DNA of 64,000 nt from NCBI GenBank assembly GCA_965214775.1, contig OZ243974.1:1600001-1664000 (forward strand), read 5' to 3'. Within the stretch, counting starts at the first letter, position 1. Each line of letters begins with the position of its first letter. A program made the translations under genes and the position numbers. The DNA comes from Nitrosopumilus sp. (GTDB taxonomy: Archaea > Thermoproteota > Nitrososphaeria > Nitrososphaerales > Nitrosopumilaceae). The notes under the pieces are model-generated. The model did not search any database. It worked only from the letters and a program-made list of their open reading frames with translations, and was not told where the DNA came from. Below are positions 31,295 to 41,961 of the stretch, piece after piece.

Positions 31295-32533
31295 TAGTTT
31301 GTTGCATAACCCTTCCTAAAATTTGAAATCTGACTGAAAATCACCAAAATGATCAACTAATCCTTACCGAAAAAGTAATGGATCATGAGGATGTCTCGTT
31401 TGGTATACATTGACAAAAACGGACAATGCAAAGTACGTAAAGAGGGGGGCATGCCTGGTCGTCAAGCACGACCCCGGCTGGGAGAAGGATCTCAAGGATG
31501 CCAACTGCCACAAGGAGGGTGCCCCGTTCCTGTACGCGGAAGGCATGATAATGGCCGCAGCCGCCCTCAGGACCGCGTTCATGATAAAGTACAGGCAGCT
31601 GTCAGGCATGCTCGGGGAGATGCCAAGGGTGCGGACTCGCCGTGTTACACCACGATATTCAGAAGGATACAGAAGCTTGACGTAGATATTGCAGAGAACA
31701 TAATTACGGTGCGCGACAAGTCCCGCAACCTGGTCATGATAGCTGACGCCGCGGGCCTCAAGCAGCACAACCGGGGCGAGTGGATATGCAAGAAATGGAA
31801 GACAAGGCGCGGATTTGTCAAGATGCACCTGATGGTCGACGCAGACACCAAGCAGGTGCTGGCAGTATCTGTCACAAGTGATGCAGTCGGCGACAGCACG
31901 GAACTACCGGCACTGCTTGAGGAGGCGACCAAGGACATCAAGGAAGAGGAGGAGCAGCAGCAGGAACTCACCGACGGCGCAGATGCAGTCAAGATTCCCA
32001 ACATGCTTGCAGACGGGATCTCACCGATGACCCTGCTTGACACCGGCACGAATCCTGATACGCCGGGAAAGATCCTGCTTGCAGACGGCGCATACGGCTC
32101 AAGGAAGAACGTAGCCGAGTGCCACAAGCGCGGTATAAAACCACTCATACGGCTTTTGACAAGCTGTAATGCAAGGGGCAAGGGCACCGGCGACAAGTGG
32201 GGCATGCTTGTACGGTGGCAGCTTGGGGGCGGCCCCGAGATGCCGGTGGGTGATCTCTCAAAGGAGGAAAGACAGGAGAACCTGCGGTACTCGAAGAGCA
32301 CGGTCGGCTTTGGCAGCAGATGGATAGTCGAGATCGTGATATCGTCCATAAAGCGCATGTTCGGCGAGGGCGTAATGGCCCTCAAGTGGTCCAATGTGGT
32401 GCAGGAGGTAAAGCTGAGGATATGGCTGTACAACAAGTGAATTGCAGAGGCGGTGGCTGCCATGTAGGAACCTAGTGCCGGTAGTGATCCGGGCGGACTG
32501 ACTTGGCTCTAGTCGGAGTTATGCAACAGACTA
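31295..32533 (+). mobile_element. IS5-family (IS903-like) element with a frameshifted transposase
   Basis: TIR TAGTTTGTTGCATAAC/GTTATGCAACAGACTA; N-terminal part in ORF 31410; DDE motifs IAD, LADGAY and RWIVE...KRMFG in ORF 31385; probable premature TGA at 32438-32440. Confidence 0.88.
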
Positions 32534-32555
32534 TATTCTAGCGGGGTTCTCACCA

Positions 32556-32648
32556 ACGAGATGCATGCGGCAGCTTGGCCTGATCGACGCATTTGCGCTT
32601 GGAAAAGCCTGCGTACTTCTTAGTCACGGTCGATTACGCATAAAGTCT
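32556..32648 (+). mobile_element. Orphan right end of the ISL2-like element seen at 59715
   Basis: Matches 61157-61249 (GAGATGCATGCGG...GATTACGCATAAAGTCT). Confidence 0.8.
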
Positions 32649-32690
32649 ATTACAAACAATGTCAAAAGAGATCTTTCTTTAGGCGAATAG

Positions 32691-33647
32691 TCATTTAAAA
32701 TGATTCCAGCCACGATCGCTTAGAATCGTTTTTTTATTTTCTTGCTCCAACCAGACGCCTTTTCCAGGTGATGACACGCGGCCTATCTCGATAATCGGCG
32801 TCTTGAGAGATTTTGCTATCTCTAAGACCTTTGTCTTGTATTTCGGATTTATCGTAAAAACAAACTCGTATTCTTCACCTCCGTGAAAAACAAGATCGAT
32901 TAGCTGTCTCCTAGTTTTGACATGTTCCTGAATCTCCTTTCTAACTGGAAGGTTTGTTATGCAAAATGCTTTCTTACTTTGCTCTGCCATTGTATTTAGG
33001 GTTGTAGAAAGGCCATCACTGGAATCCATTGCAGATGAAAAGTATTTTCTGGATTTTAATGCAAAATCCAGTCTTGGCTTGGGTTTTAGAAAACAATTGA
33101 TTGATTTTGAGACAATCCTGTCTTCTTGCTTTCTGGTGCCATTTAGAAGAAGACTCTTTAGACCTAAAGACGTATAGCCAAACGGCCCTGTTACAAAAAT
33201 CAAGTCGCCTTTCCTTGAGCCTCCTCTTGTGACTATGCTTTTGGACTTGCCAAAAACACATACGTTAAACACTATCTCTTTTCCCTGATTCGTGTCACCT
33301 CCAACAATAGAAATCCCAAATTCCTGAGACGCTTTTTTGAATCCGTCTGCAATATCATTTACCGCGTTTTTGGAAATGGTTTTGGGCAAATTTACCGAAA
33401 TTATGCCGTATTCGGGCTTGACTCCCTTGGAGGCAAAATCGCTAACGCATGCAGCAACACTTTTTCTTGCAGCGTCTTTTAGTCCCATTTTTTGAGGAAT
33501 GTCAGAACTCTGAACCAGCGTGTCTGTCTTTACAAAAATTTTTTCCTGACCGAACCGAATCGTTTCAACGTCTTCTGAAACGAAATTTTCATTCCCGAAT
33601 TTTTTTTGAAAAATGCCGATTATTGCAGCCTCATCCAACCTTTTCAT
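32691..33647 (-). CDS. thiL: Thiamine-phosphate kinase
   Basis: SDFASKG, VGGDT, DSSDGL and GGEEYE motifs. Confidence 0.93.
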   Translation of the reverse strand: MKRLDEAAIIGIFQKKFGNENFVSEDVETIRFGQEKIFVKTDTLVQSSDIPQKMGLKDAARKSVAACVSDFASKGVKPEYGIISVNLPKTISKNAVNDIADGFKKASQEFGISIVGGDTNQGKEIVFNVCVFGKSKSIVTRGGSRKGDLIFVTGPFGYTSLGLKSLLLNGTRKQEDRIVSKSINCFLKPKPRLDFALKSRKYFSSAMDSSDGLSTTLNTMAEQSKKAFCITNLPVRKEIQEHVKTRRQLIDLVFHGGEEYEFVFTINPKYKTKVLEIAKSLKTPIIEIGRVSSPGKGVWLEQENKKTILSDRGWNHFK

Positions 33648-34935
33648 GACTCTCATCCACCATTTTTATCCAGTCTTTGACAATTTTTTTGCACCTGTCT
33701 GAACTTTTTGATTCCCCAGACACTCTAATGACGTCTTCTGTATTTGATTTTCTAATTAGAATCCAGCTATCCTCGTCAATTATCCCTTTTAATCCATCCA
33801 ACGTACTGGTCTCAGAAAACTCTTTTTCAAATTTTAATTGCAAGTTTTGAATTACCTTGTCATGTGATGCTGAATCAACGCTTGTCTTGTCCCTAACCTG
33901 CGAATAACTTTCCATGTAACTTGTAACTTCATCAAAATTTGAACTGCCCGACATTGATGCAATTAGCCCACTGGTAAGAATTCCCTCTCTGCAATAGTTG
34001 AACTCAGGTAAAACAAACCCGCCACTGCTTCCCTCGCCCCCGGCCTGGGCATTTGTTTTTAGCATTAAATCAATGACATTGGCTTCCCCGACTTTGGATA
34101 TTTGAGCATTGCCTCCTTTCTCCTTGATGAACTTTTCTACAGCAACGCTTGTGTCAATACTTAGAACAAAATTTTTGCAACCCAGTTCCAGAGACTTTGC
34201 AACGCCTAGTCCCAAAGTCACATCCGGGCTCTGTTTTTTACCGTCTCTTACAACAACCAGGCGATCTCCGTCTAAATCAAAAGCAAATCCCAGTTGATTC
34301 TTCTTTGAGTGTTCACGCAGATCAGTCAGGTCATCTGCAGTTGGATCGGGCCCCCTTGAACTGTTTTCCAGTTTTTCATTAATTGTGGTTACCTTGCAAC
34401 CGATTCTTTCTAACAGGGTTGGAGCAGTTTTACTAGCCGCCCCACCGCCAATATCTATGACTATTTCTGGCTGACTGTTAACTTTGCCCAAGATTTTCTC
34501 TGCATCCTCAACATATGAGGAGGAAGAAATCTCAAACTCGTTTCCTATGTATGATACTGAAGGATTTTCTTGATGCTCAACAATGCAGGGCAATTCTTTT
34601 TCATTGATTCCTCTTCCATCGATAACGAATTTCATTCCGTTCCACTCAATTGGATTGTGCGATGCCGAAATAATCAGTCCAGAACCATATCTTCTTGCCT
34701 CTCTAAAAACAACCGGCGTTGGAACCGTCCCCAAATCAAAGACATCGATTCCGTTTTTCATCAGTGCGGCTTTTGCCGTTTCTTTGATCATGCCTCCCGA
34801 AGGACGCGTATCATTTCCTATGACGCACTTCCTTGACTGAATCAACGTTGAAAAATTACCTGCAAATTCTAGCACATCCTTCAGGCGTAAATCTTCCCCA
34901 AAGATTCCCCTAATTCCGGAAATTGTTTTTCTCAA
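33631..34935 (-). CDS. Phosphomannomutase/phosphoglucomutase family protein
   Basis: ISASHNP, DLDGDR, GGEGSSG and IRKSNTE motifs. Confidence 0.93.
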   Translation of the reverse strand: MRKTISGIRGIFGEDLRLKDVLEFAGNFSTLIQSRKCVIGNDTRPSGGMIKETAKAALMKNGIDVFDLGTVPTPVVFREARRYGSGLIISASHNPIEWNGMKFVIDGRGINEKELPCIVEHQENPSVSYIGNEFEISSSSYVEDAEKILGKVNSQPEIVIDIGGGAASKTAPTLLERIGCKVTTINEKLENSSRGPDPTADDLTDLREHSKKNQLGFAFDLDGDRLVVVRDGKKQSPDVTLGLGVAKSLELGCKNFVLSIDTSVAVEKFIKEKGGNAQISKVGEANVIDLMLKTNAQAGGEGSSGGFVLPEFNYCREGILTSGLIASMSGSSNFDEVTSYMESYSQVRDKTSVDSASHDKVIQNLQLKFEKEFSETSTLDGLKGIIDEDSWILIRKSNTEDVIRVSGESKSSDRCKKIVKDWIKMVDESHEKVG

Positions 34936-34988
34936 TCAATCCCACTCGGAAATGCTTTTTATTAACTCTGATGGATTTATCCAAACAT

Positions 34989-35062
34989 GCCTTGGTAGCT
35001 CAGCCCGGTAGAGCGAACGCCTCGTAAGCGTTAGGTCGCGAGATCATAGCTCGCCCAAGGCT
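34989..35062 (+). tRNA. tRNA-Thr(CGT)
   Basis: GCCTTGG/CCAAGGC acceptor; anticodon loop CT-CGT-AA; T-loop ATCATAG. Confidence 0.9.
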
Positions 35063-35640
35063 TTTGTTTTTGTATGGTTTTCTGTTGCTGCTGCTGCTGC
35101 TGATACGTTGCCAAATTTCATTGTGATGCAGCAGGGGCTGTCGCCCAATTCCGTCTGCTTGACTCAATCTGCACGTTTTTCTGAATTTCTGCCCTTTGCA
35201 TGTCTGATCCACATGGCATCACAACGGTTTTCAGGAATTCTGACGAATTAGGCGGTGACCCCGGGCCACTAGATTCAGTCTGAGAGTCTTGAATTAATGG
35301 AATTTCTTTTTAAAAAACCCCCGATTTTCTTTTTAATTTTATAATCTAGAGCTCGCATTGGCTAGACCCATGCACGGAACGATGGTAGTAGAACAGGCAC
35401 GGAGGGCAGTGGCCTAATGCAGTACCCTTGTTTCTAGTTGGAGTATGTTTTCGTGTCGGGTAATTTGGTTCCATCGTGCTTGATACGAATCAAATTTTAA
35501 TCCATTCTATGAGATCAAAGTCGTTCTTATCATGGAATGCCTTCTCCTATCAAAAACAACGATCAACAAAGAAATATTCTTAAATCATAAAGCCGAACAA
35601 AAATCCTCGTGCAAAACTTTTCTATTTTGGAGGAAGATCC

Positions 35641-37458
35641 ATGAGTCTCTCTGATACTCTTACTAAATATCGTGAGGCACTAGTCGCATCCCAAGATAGA
35701 CAACAAGCGATCTATGATTCAAGAAGCGACAAGGTGGGCGACTTTTACAATTCATTTCTGAACCAGCTTGTCAGAAAATATGAAAACAAGGTAGGAGATA
35801 AGGACTGGGAAAAAAATGTCTTGGATAACTTTAAGAATTTTTTTGGAACTGACAACCCGACATTTGTTGCAGTAGATGGAACCTCTGATAAAATACAACT
35901 AGAAGAATATGCGGTATTTTTTGCAGCATCCTACGGTGTTAAAGGAACGTTCTCGCTAGATGGCAAAAACTCTGTAGAATATGAGAGACGTGATATCCAT
36001 GACGAGCTAAGTATGGTGGCATATGTCCCGATACCCTTTGCAGAATTGGAGGATGTTGATTTTAGCCAGATTGATGATGACAATAGATTCTCCATGATAG
36101 ACATTCACAACCGACTTATGATTTTGGCTGAAATCTATCTTTTGTATAATGAAATCAAATCCGAAAACCATCCAAACATCCTGCTTTGGGACCAGACCTT
36201 TAGTGGAATGTTTCACTGGCGCGCACCTCCCATCAAAGACGTGCCAATGATAATCAATGCCTATGAGCATAATGGCAGAAAGCTTACCATTGCAGATGCA
36301 CTGATTTCCCGTTCACATCCATACAACGCTGACCTTAATACTCCTGCCCCTTCCAAGGGGTTTTTTAACATGCCCAACAGAATTCTTTATGAGCTTTTTA
36401 ATTCCCACACTAGAGAAGCAAAAATCTCAGAGCTTGCGACACTGTTTGGCGAATCTGAGGCAGAACTCAGGCGTGTAATTGAGAGGTTTATCCAAAATCT
36501 AAGGGTCGGAGATGAAATTACAAGTACCAATTGTCTAGAATATGAAAAATCATCAGATGCAATACGTCTGAATCCAAGATACTGGGATTCTTGGGATTTT
36601 GTGGTAGGGCTGGTTGAAAGTCTGTGCACTAAAATCTTTAGTGAGAAAGATGCCAAGGCATTGACCTACTCGGGAAAATGGGTTACAACAGTAGACATTG
36701 ATTTTATGGTATCCATCTTGCTTAGAAAAATTATTGAAATAAGTTGGGAGCAAAATGTTTTGCTAATTGGCGTGGTAAAGGATTCTGCGTCAAAATATTT
36801 TATTCGAAACTATCTTGGCGTGATGAAAAAAGAAAGCCATTATTCTGATTACGAAATACTTGATTTGTACGGTCTTTTGTGGTCTGACAGGCTTACAATG
36901 GAACATCTGCCCATAGAAGATGAGAGTCTTAATGCCCCATGGGCTACAGTGGAATATGACTCTATTTTTCAAATACTGTATCTTTCAACAAAGACTGAAA
37001 CTCAAGAGGCATACATTAGAACAGTCCCGACCTCTGAGAGAATCTTTGCCAGGCATCTGTCACTGTTATTTTCAACAAGACAAAAAGGAAAGGTAATTTT
37101 CAATCATATGTTGTTTGTTGATAGGGCGCTACTTCCAAAATTTGATCTAGGAAAAATTAACAACTATTCAATTCCTGCAAATGCAAACGAGGTTAAGGTA
37201 ACTGTTGATCCTTTTGTTGACCTAAACAGCTCTGAACCCAATGCTGTTCAAGACTTTGTAACCCTGTTTTTACACAACATTACATCCAACAGATTCCCCG
37301 ACGTAATAGGATATCCTGAGCCGTTACACAAGGCAGATCTGGGAGCCAAAACGTTTAATCGAATGGTACAGCCAATGATCCGAAGCAGCACCATGATGTA
37401 TGGCAGAAGCTCAAAACCGTGGTCAAAGTCAATCCGTGCAAAGAGGAAATTCAAGTGA
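35641..37458 (+). CDS. NurA-like nuclease (long form)
   Basis: FVAVDGT, ILLWD, IGVVKDS and GYPEPLHKAD motifs. Confidence 0.8.
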   Translation: MSLSDTLTKYREALVASQDRQQAIYDSRSDKVGDFYNSFLNQLVRKYENKVGDKDWEKNVLDNFKNFFGTDNPTFVAVDGTSDKIQLEEYAVFFAASYGVKGTFSLDGKNSVEYERRDIHDELSMVAYVPIPFAELEDVDFSQIDDDNRFSMIDIHNRLMILAEIYLLYNEIKSENHPNILLWDQTFSGMFHWRAPPIKDVPMIINAYEHNGRKLTIADALISRSHPYNADLNTPAPSKGFFNMPNRILYELFNSHTREAKISELATLFGESEAELRRVIERFIQNLRVGDEITSTNCLEYEKSSDAIRLNPRYWDSWDFVVGLVESLCTKIFSEKDAKALTYSGKWVTTVDIDFMVSILLRKIIEISWEQNVLLIGVVKDSASKYFIRNYLGVMKKESHYSDYEILDLYGLLWSDRLTMEHLPIEDESLNAPWATVEYDSIFQILYLSTKTETQEAYIRTVPTSERIFARHLSLLFSTRQKGKVIFNHMLFVDRALLPKFDLGKINNYSIPANANEVKVTVDPFVDLNSSEPNAVQDFVTLFLHNITSNRFPDVIGYPEPLHKADLGAKTFNRMVQPMIRSSTMMYGRSSKPWSKSIRAKRKFK

Positions 37459-37463
37459 TACAA

Positions 37464-39227
37464 ATGTCTGAAAGCTCATTCCGTTCTGAAACTGGAAAAC
37501 TAATGGATGTCAGTTTTGATGAAAACTATGGATACCAGTACACGGTCTGGTTTGACTATACCAAGAAACTTATGCGTCAATTAAAGGCAGGAGATCTTTT
37601 ATCGGTGCCTAATTTCTCATATTCTGACGGTTCTGAGTGTTACAGCATTCTTAGCGCAACTTCGATAATGCCGTTTCACTATGCCACTGCAGGTGACCAA
37701 TTGGCAGGATATCCTGTGTTTTTAGAAAAAACCAGGGACGAGGCGTTCAAAGACTTTCTAAAACAAGACGAGGAATCTTCTGAGGAGACAACCAAAATCA
37801 GGGTAACTGCCGCACCAACCGGACTAGAACTTGTAACGAATCCTTCGATTCATACGCAAGAGGAATCCCAAATGCCTATTTTTGGTGGAGAGGCAAGAAT
37901 TCTTGATGTTGGGTTGGTTGGAAATATTTTCAACAGCGGTTTGGAAAATGAAAAAACCATTACCATTGGCAATCTTAGAAAAGGCGACATTGGCATTGAT
38001 TTGAAAATCGACGATATGATTAGAACCCATATAGGAATTTTTGGATATACTGGAACCGGAAAATCCAATCTTGTCAGCACGCTGGTCCACAAACTTTTGC
38101 AGCAAAGCCAAGTTCCTGTAAATATCGTAATATTTGACTTGATGGGCGAGTACACTGCATTACTTGCAGATGTGTTAGATGAGGTCAATGGTTACATGTG
38201 TTTTCTTGGGAAAGACTCTCTGCCGAATCCAGTCCAAAAATACATGACAGACAAAAAAGATTTGGATCAAGCTCGAGATGCATTTATCCGAAACATGCAT
38301 GTGCCGGCCCCGTTACGAACTTATTCTATGACTGACAAATACCAAAGGATTGTCAAGAATTTGCTCTCTAATGGAAAAATCAAACTGCTTATTGAACAAT
38401 ATGAAACAATAGGTCAATTTTTAGAAGAAAACGTTTCAAAGCATATTTCTTCTCAGGAATCAAAGCAAATGATGGGAAGAATCTTTGGGACTTACAAATC
38501 CAAACCCTTTGAAAAAGCAAACATGGAATCCTTGGTAAACTATCTAAAACAAGAATCATCGAACGTTGAAAAATCAGGCTCACAAACTATTTTGGAGGGA
38601 TGGATTAAAGCTGCAAGCAAGCATTCGGACTTTTTTGAGCCGTTAGATGAGTTCAAAGTGGATAGAAACAAGGATCTGGTAGATCCCCTGCTTGATCAGG
38701 AGAAGGAGGCAAAACCCTCCCTTTACATTGTTCAAAGTGAAGACGAGGATTCCATTCGAAAATTTGCGTATAACATCACGGCCAATCCAAAGCATAGCGT
38801 GTATGCAGAGAGACGCAAAAACGGTCTAAACTCGCCCCTGACTTTGTTTATCTTTGATGAGGCAGACGAATTCATTCCGCAAGACCCATCAGGTACCTAC
38901 AAGCTGTCTACTGAAGCAGTTGAAACTTTAGCCCGAAGAGGAAGGAAGTTTGGTTTGGGTGTTGCAATTGCAACTCAGAGGGTTACATATCTGAATACCA
39001 GTATTATGGCACAACCCCACACATACTTTATCAGCAAGTTGCCTAGGATGTCTGACAGGCAAAGGGTCACTGATGCATTTGGTACGTCTCAAGATGTAAT
39101 GCAGGAGACTTTTAAATTTAGAAAGGGTGATTGGCTGGCAATAAGCCACGATGCCACGGGTTTGAAGTCCGTTCCGATTCCGATTCATAGCGATAATGCT
39201 GAGGCAAGAATTCTTGGCTTGCCATAG
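37464..39227 (+). CDS. HerA/FtsK-family ATPase
   Basis: HIGIFGYTGTGKS, IFDLMGEY, FIFDEAD, RRGRKFG...ATQR; HAS-barrel-like N-terminus. Confidence 0.9.
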   Translation: MSESSFRSETGKLMDVSFDENYGYQYTVWFDYTKKLMRQLKAGDLLSVPNFSYSDGSECYSILSATSIMPFHYATAGDQLAGYPVFLEKTRDEAFKDFLKQDEESSEETTKIRVTAAPTGLELVTNPSIHTQEESQMPIFGGEARILDVGLVGNIFNSGLENEKTITIGNLRKGDIGIDLKIDDMIRTHIGIFGYTGTGKSNLVSTLVHKLLQQSQVPVNIVIFDLMGEYTALLADVLDEVNGYMCFLGKDSLPNPVQKYMTDKKDLDQARDAFIRNMHVPAPLRTYSMTDKYQRIVKNLLSNGKIKLLIEQYETIGQFLEENVSKHISSQESKQMMGRIFGTYKSKPFEKANMESLVNYLKQESSNVEKSGSQTILEGWIKAASKHSDFFEPLDEFKVDRNKDLVDPLLDQEKEAKPSLYIVQSEDEDSIRKFAYNITANPKHSVYAERRKNGLNSPLTLFIFDEADEFIPQDPSGTYKLSTEAVETLARRGRKFGLGVAIATQRVTYLNTSIMAQPHTYFISKLPRMSDRQRVTDAFGTSQDVMQETFKFRKGDWLAISHDATGLKSVPIPIHSDNAEARILGLP

Positions 39228-39793
39228 TTTATAGGAGCCGTTTTACTAGATTGCCAGTCACGCACTGACAGTTTGAATGATTTGCTGAGGGACAGATCTG
39301 ACCATTCAAAAACGTGCTGGATGTTGAAATTTTTTGAAATCCTGGAATAAATTTCTGTTATGGCAAGAATACTTGCAAACCACTGAGGCCTCTTGCTGAC
39401 AATCTGAGCATGTTTTGGCTCTGATTTCTGCGTTTGCTATGTGGTGTTCTTTGGCCCTTTTGTGTATGGTGTTTGTTGGCCGACATAAAGACGGCTTTTA
39501 TTCAAAAGCAGCCATTTGTGAAAATCCTCCCGATCTGCGATCATCGAATCTGACTCGTAAGCGTTCGGACGCCGATTCGCATCCTGTCTGAGGCTTTAAT
39601 AATCATAATTTGGCTTTATAGAAAATTTCAGGGGTTATTCAGTGACAGTCTCAATGTCCGTCTCTAATTCTTTTGGCAAGCCGTCCCACCATTGTTTAGT
39701 TTCTTCAGTCATACTCCCCATTCATTTGCTAGAATTGTCCTTTATAGATCTGTCGGTTGGTTGGGATTTGATCAATTCTTGATAATTTGCAAA

Positions 39794-39985
39794 TTAATCC
39801 CGATCTGTTTTCTCTTCCTGCCTTCTTTTCATCCTTCTATACATGACGATCATCAGTGTGCCGCCTGCACATCCCCAAAACAATGGCGATAATCCCGGTT
39901 CAACGGTTGGCTGAAAAACACCCACAAAACTCAGTGACATGATTACAATTAAAACCAACCCTGAAATTTCAAGCATTTTTGCCAT
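39794..39985 (-). CDS. Small two-TM membrane protein
   Basis: Two hydrophobic segments and a basic tail; divergent from 40044. Confidence 0.6.
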   Translation of the reverse strand: MAKMLEISGLVLIVIMSLSFVGVFQPTVEPGLSPLFWGCAGGTLMIVMYRRMKRRQEEKTDRD

Positions 39986-40043
39986 GGCACTGAAATCAAC
40001 TGTGAAATCAAAAAGATATATGGTTTTGTAAACAGTCTAATTT

Positions 40044-40256
40044 ATGGACAAATATCTTACAGTAATCCTGATTTTTATGATGGTTGGAGTCCCGATCTCA
40101 TTTATCTCGCCTACGACTGGCGAATTAAGAGAAGATCCTCTATACCTGTTGTTTTATGCCTCTATTGGAGGAATGTGTTTTATAGTCGTTTATGGCTCAT
40201 ACAAAGACAGGGTAGAGCGCCAAAAGCGAAATGCTAGGAGAAGATCTGGGAAATAG
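40044..40256 (+). CDS. Small two-TM membrane protein
   Basis: Two hydrophobic segments and a basic tail. Confidence 0.7.
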   Translation: MDKYLTVILIFMMVGVPISFISPTTGELREDPLYLLFYASIGGMCFIVVYGSYKDRVERQKRNARRRSGK

Positions 40257-40258
40257 TC

Positions 40259-40387
40259 GTAACAGGCCCCCCGGGTTCTGGAAGCTCAGGCACGAATTTT
40301 GTCGCCAATGAGCGCCGATCAAATGGAATCTGTGCCTGAAATCAATGCATGCATCATCAGAAACGACCTTCAGAACTCATCAGTTAT
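40259..40387 (+). mobile_element. MITE family B, copy 1
   Basis: GTAACAGG...CAGTTA ends; closely matches the reverse complement of 43867-43989. Confidence 0.75.
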
Positions 40388-40473
40388 GTTTTATTTCATG
40401 TTTTATGAAAAGGCAAACAGCGATCACATCTTGCTGATTTTTAGAGTGCATAAAGATTCAGAAAGACTCTGGA

Positions 40474-41940
40474 ATGTTTGTGGATAATGCTGTACGCGAC
40501 GGCAGCCTTTTTAATTACATGCCTGTAGAGCCTGCCATGATTAGACGCTTTTCCGCAGCAGGACTCTTTCTTGTTCTGGCTGTAGTGGCCCTTACTGCCA
40601 CCGCGTACGCAGAGGTGCCGCCCCCACCGCTAAAGCAGCTTGCAGCCGGCGTCTCTCCGGAGGATGTTTTGTGCAGGGAGGGGCTCGCGCTGGTCGTGCG
40701 TGGCGCCGATGACGCCATATGTGTGAGGGGGGAGACTGCCGAAAGGATGGGGTGGACTATAACCGTGCCAGATGCCGGCGCCGCCGAGTCCACGCGCCTG
40801 CTGCTGCAGGCCGGCGGCCTGATACCCGCCGAGATTTTAGACTATTCTGGGATCGTGACAGCAAACAACGGCTTTGCAGTCGACTTTTACTCCCGCGCCG
40901 CCGGGCAGGAGGGCCAAAACATCGTATTCTCGCCGTGGAGCATCTTCGGCGCCTTTGCACTCGCACACGAGGGGGCGGGGGGAGACACGAGGGACGAACT
41001 CACCGACGTGTTTGGATTTCCGGAGGAAAAGCGCACGCAGTTTGGCTCGGCAATGGCGGATCTGAACAGGCCCGACGCCGAGTACAGGCTGTCGGTTGCA
41101 AACGCGCTGTGGCTGGCAGAGTGGCTCGAGCCGCTAAAGGAGTACGTGCAGACTGCAAAAATACACTACGACAGCGGCGTGGAGAAGGTAAACTTTGGAT
41201 CCGGTGACACAGTCAAGACGATTAATGGATGGGTGTCAGATAACACCGGCGGCAAGATAGACGAGGTTCTGGCGCCTGGCTCCGTCGACGGCGCAACGGC
41301 TATGGTCATAACAAACGCAGTATACTTCAAGGGCGACTGGGTGAACACGTTTGACGAGTCTGCAACCATCGAGGACGACTCGTTCTGGGTGACCCCAGAC
41401 AAAAGGGTGGCAGTCCCGATGATGTACGCAAAGGAAGTCTACAGGCACGCAGACGTGGGCACGCACCAGGTCCTTGAGATGCCGTACGTGGGCGACCGTA
41501 TCTCCATGCTTGTGCTGCTGCCAAACGAAAAGGGCGGGATAGGCGAGCTAGAGGGGATGCTGAGCGCCGAGAGCCTCGAGGAGTGGAGGGGGGATCTTGT
41601 AGGTAAAAAACTGCAGGTCTATTTCCCAAAATTCAACCTTGATGTCTCGTACGACCTAAGATGGGATCTGTCGGCGATGGGCGTGACCTCGCTCTTTGAA
41701 GGGACAGCAGACCTTTCTGGCATCGCCGGCGAGGACGTGCAACTGTACGTGTCTAAAGCAATCCACAAGGCGTTCATAAACGTAAACGAAAAGGGGACGG
41801 AGGCAGGCGCTACGACTGCAATAGTAGCTACATCATCAGGGCCTCCGGCGTTTGTAGCAGACCACCCGTTTGTCTTTGTCATACAGGACACGGAGACGGG
41901 CAACATACTGTTCATCGGAAGGCTGTCTGACCCGTCCTAG
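40474..41940 (+). CDS. Secreted serpin (serine protease inhibitor) with an N-terminal PPLKQ-type module
   Basis: FSPWSI, NAVYFKGDW, hinge EKGTEAGATTA and FVADHPFVF; signal peptide; true start probably 40519 or 40538. Confidence 0.95.
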   Translation: MFVDNAVRDGSLFNYMPVEPAMIRRFSAAGLFLVLAVVALTATAYAEVPPPPLKQLAAGVSPEDVLCREGLALVVRGADDAICVRGETAERMGWTITVPDAGAAESTRLLLQAGGLIPAEILDYSGIVTANNGFAVDFYSRAAGQEGQNIVFSPWSIFGAFALAHEGAGGDTRDELTDVFGFPEEKRTQFGSAMADLNRPDAEYRLSVANALWLAEWLEPLKEYVQTAKIHYDSGVEKVNFGSGDTVKTINGWVSDNTGGKIDEVLAPGSVDGATAMVITNAVYFKGDWVNTFDESATIEDDSFWVTPDKRVAVPMMYAKEVYRHADVGTHQVLEMPYVGDRISMLVLLPNEKGGIGELEGMLSAESLEEWRGDLVGKKLQVYFPKFNLDVSYDLRWDLSAMGVTSLFEGTADLSGIAGEDVQLYVSKAIHKAFINVNEKGTEAGATTAIVATSSGPPAFVADHPFVFVIQDTETGNILFIGRLSDPS

Positions 41941-41961
41941 GGGAATGGGATCCTGAATAAT

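Noticed and set aside
31385-31640. N-terminus of the 351-aa ORF as real transposase sequence
   Set aside because: The IS903-like N-terminus lies in the overlapping frame (31410), so the gene is frameshifted.
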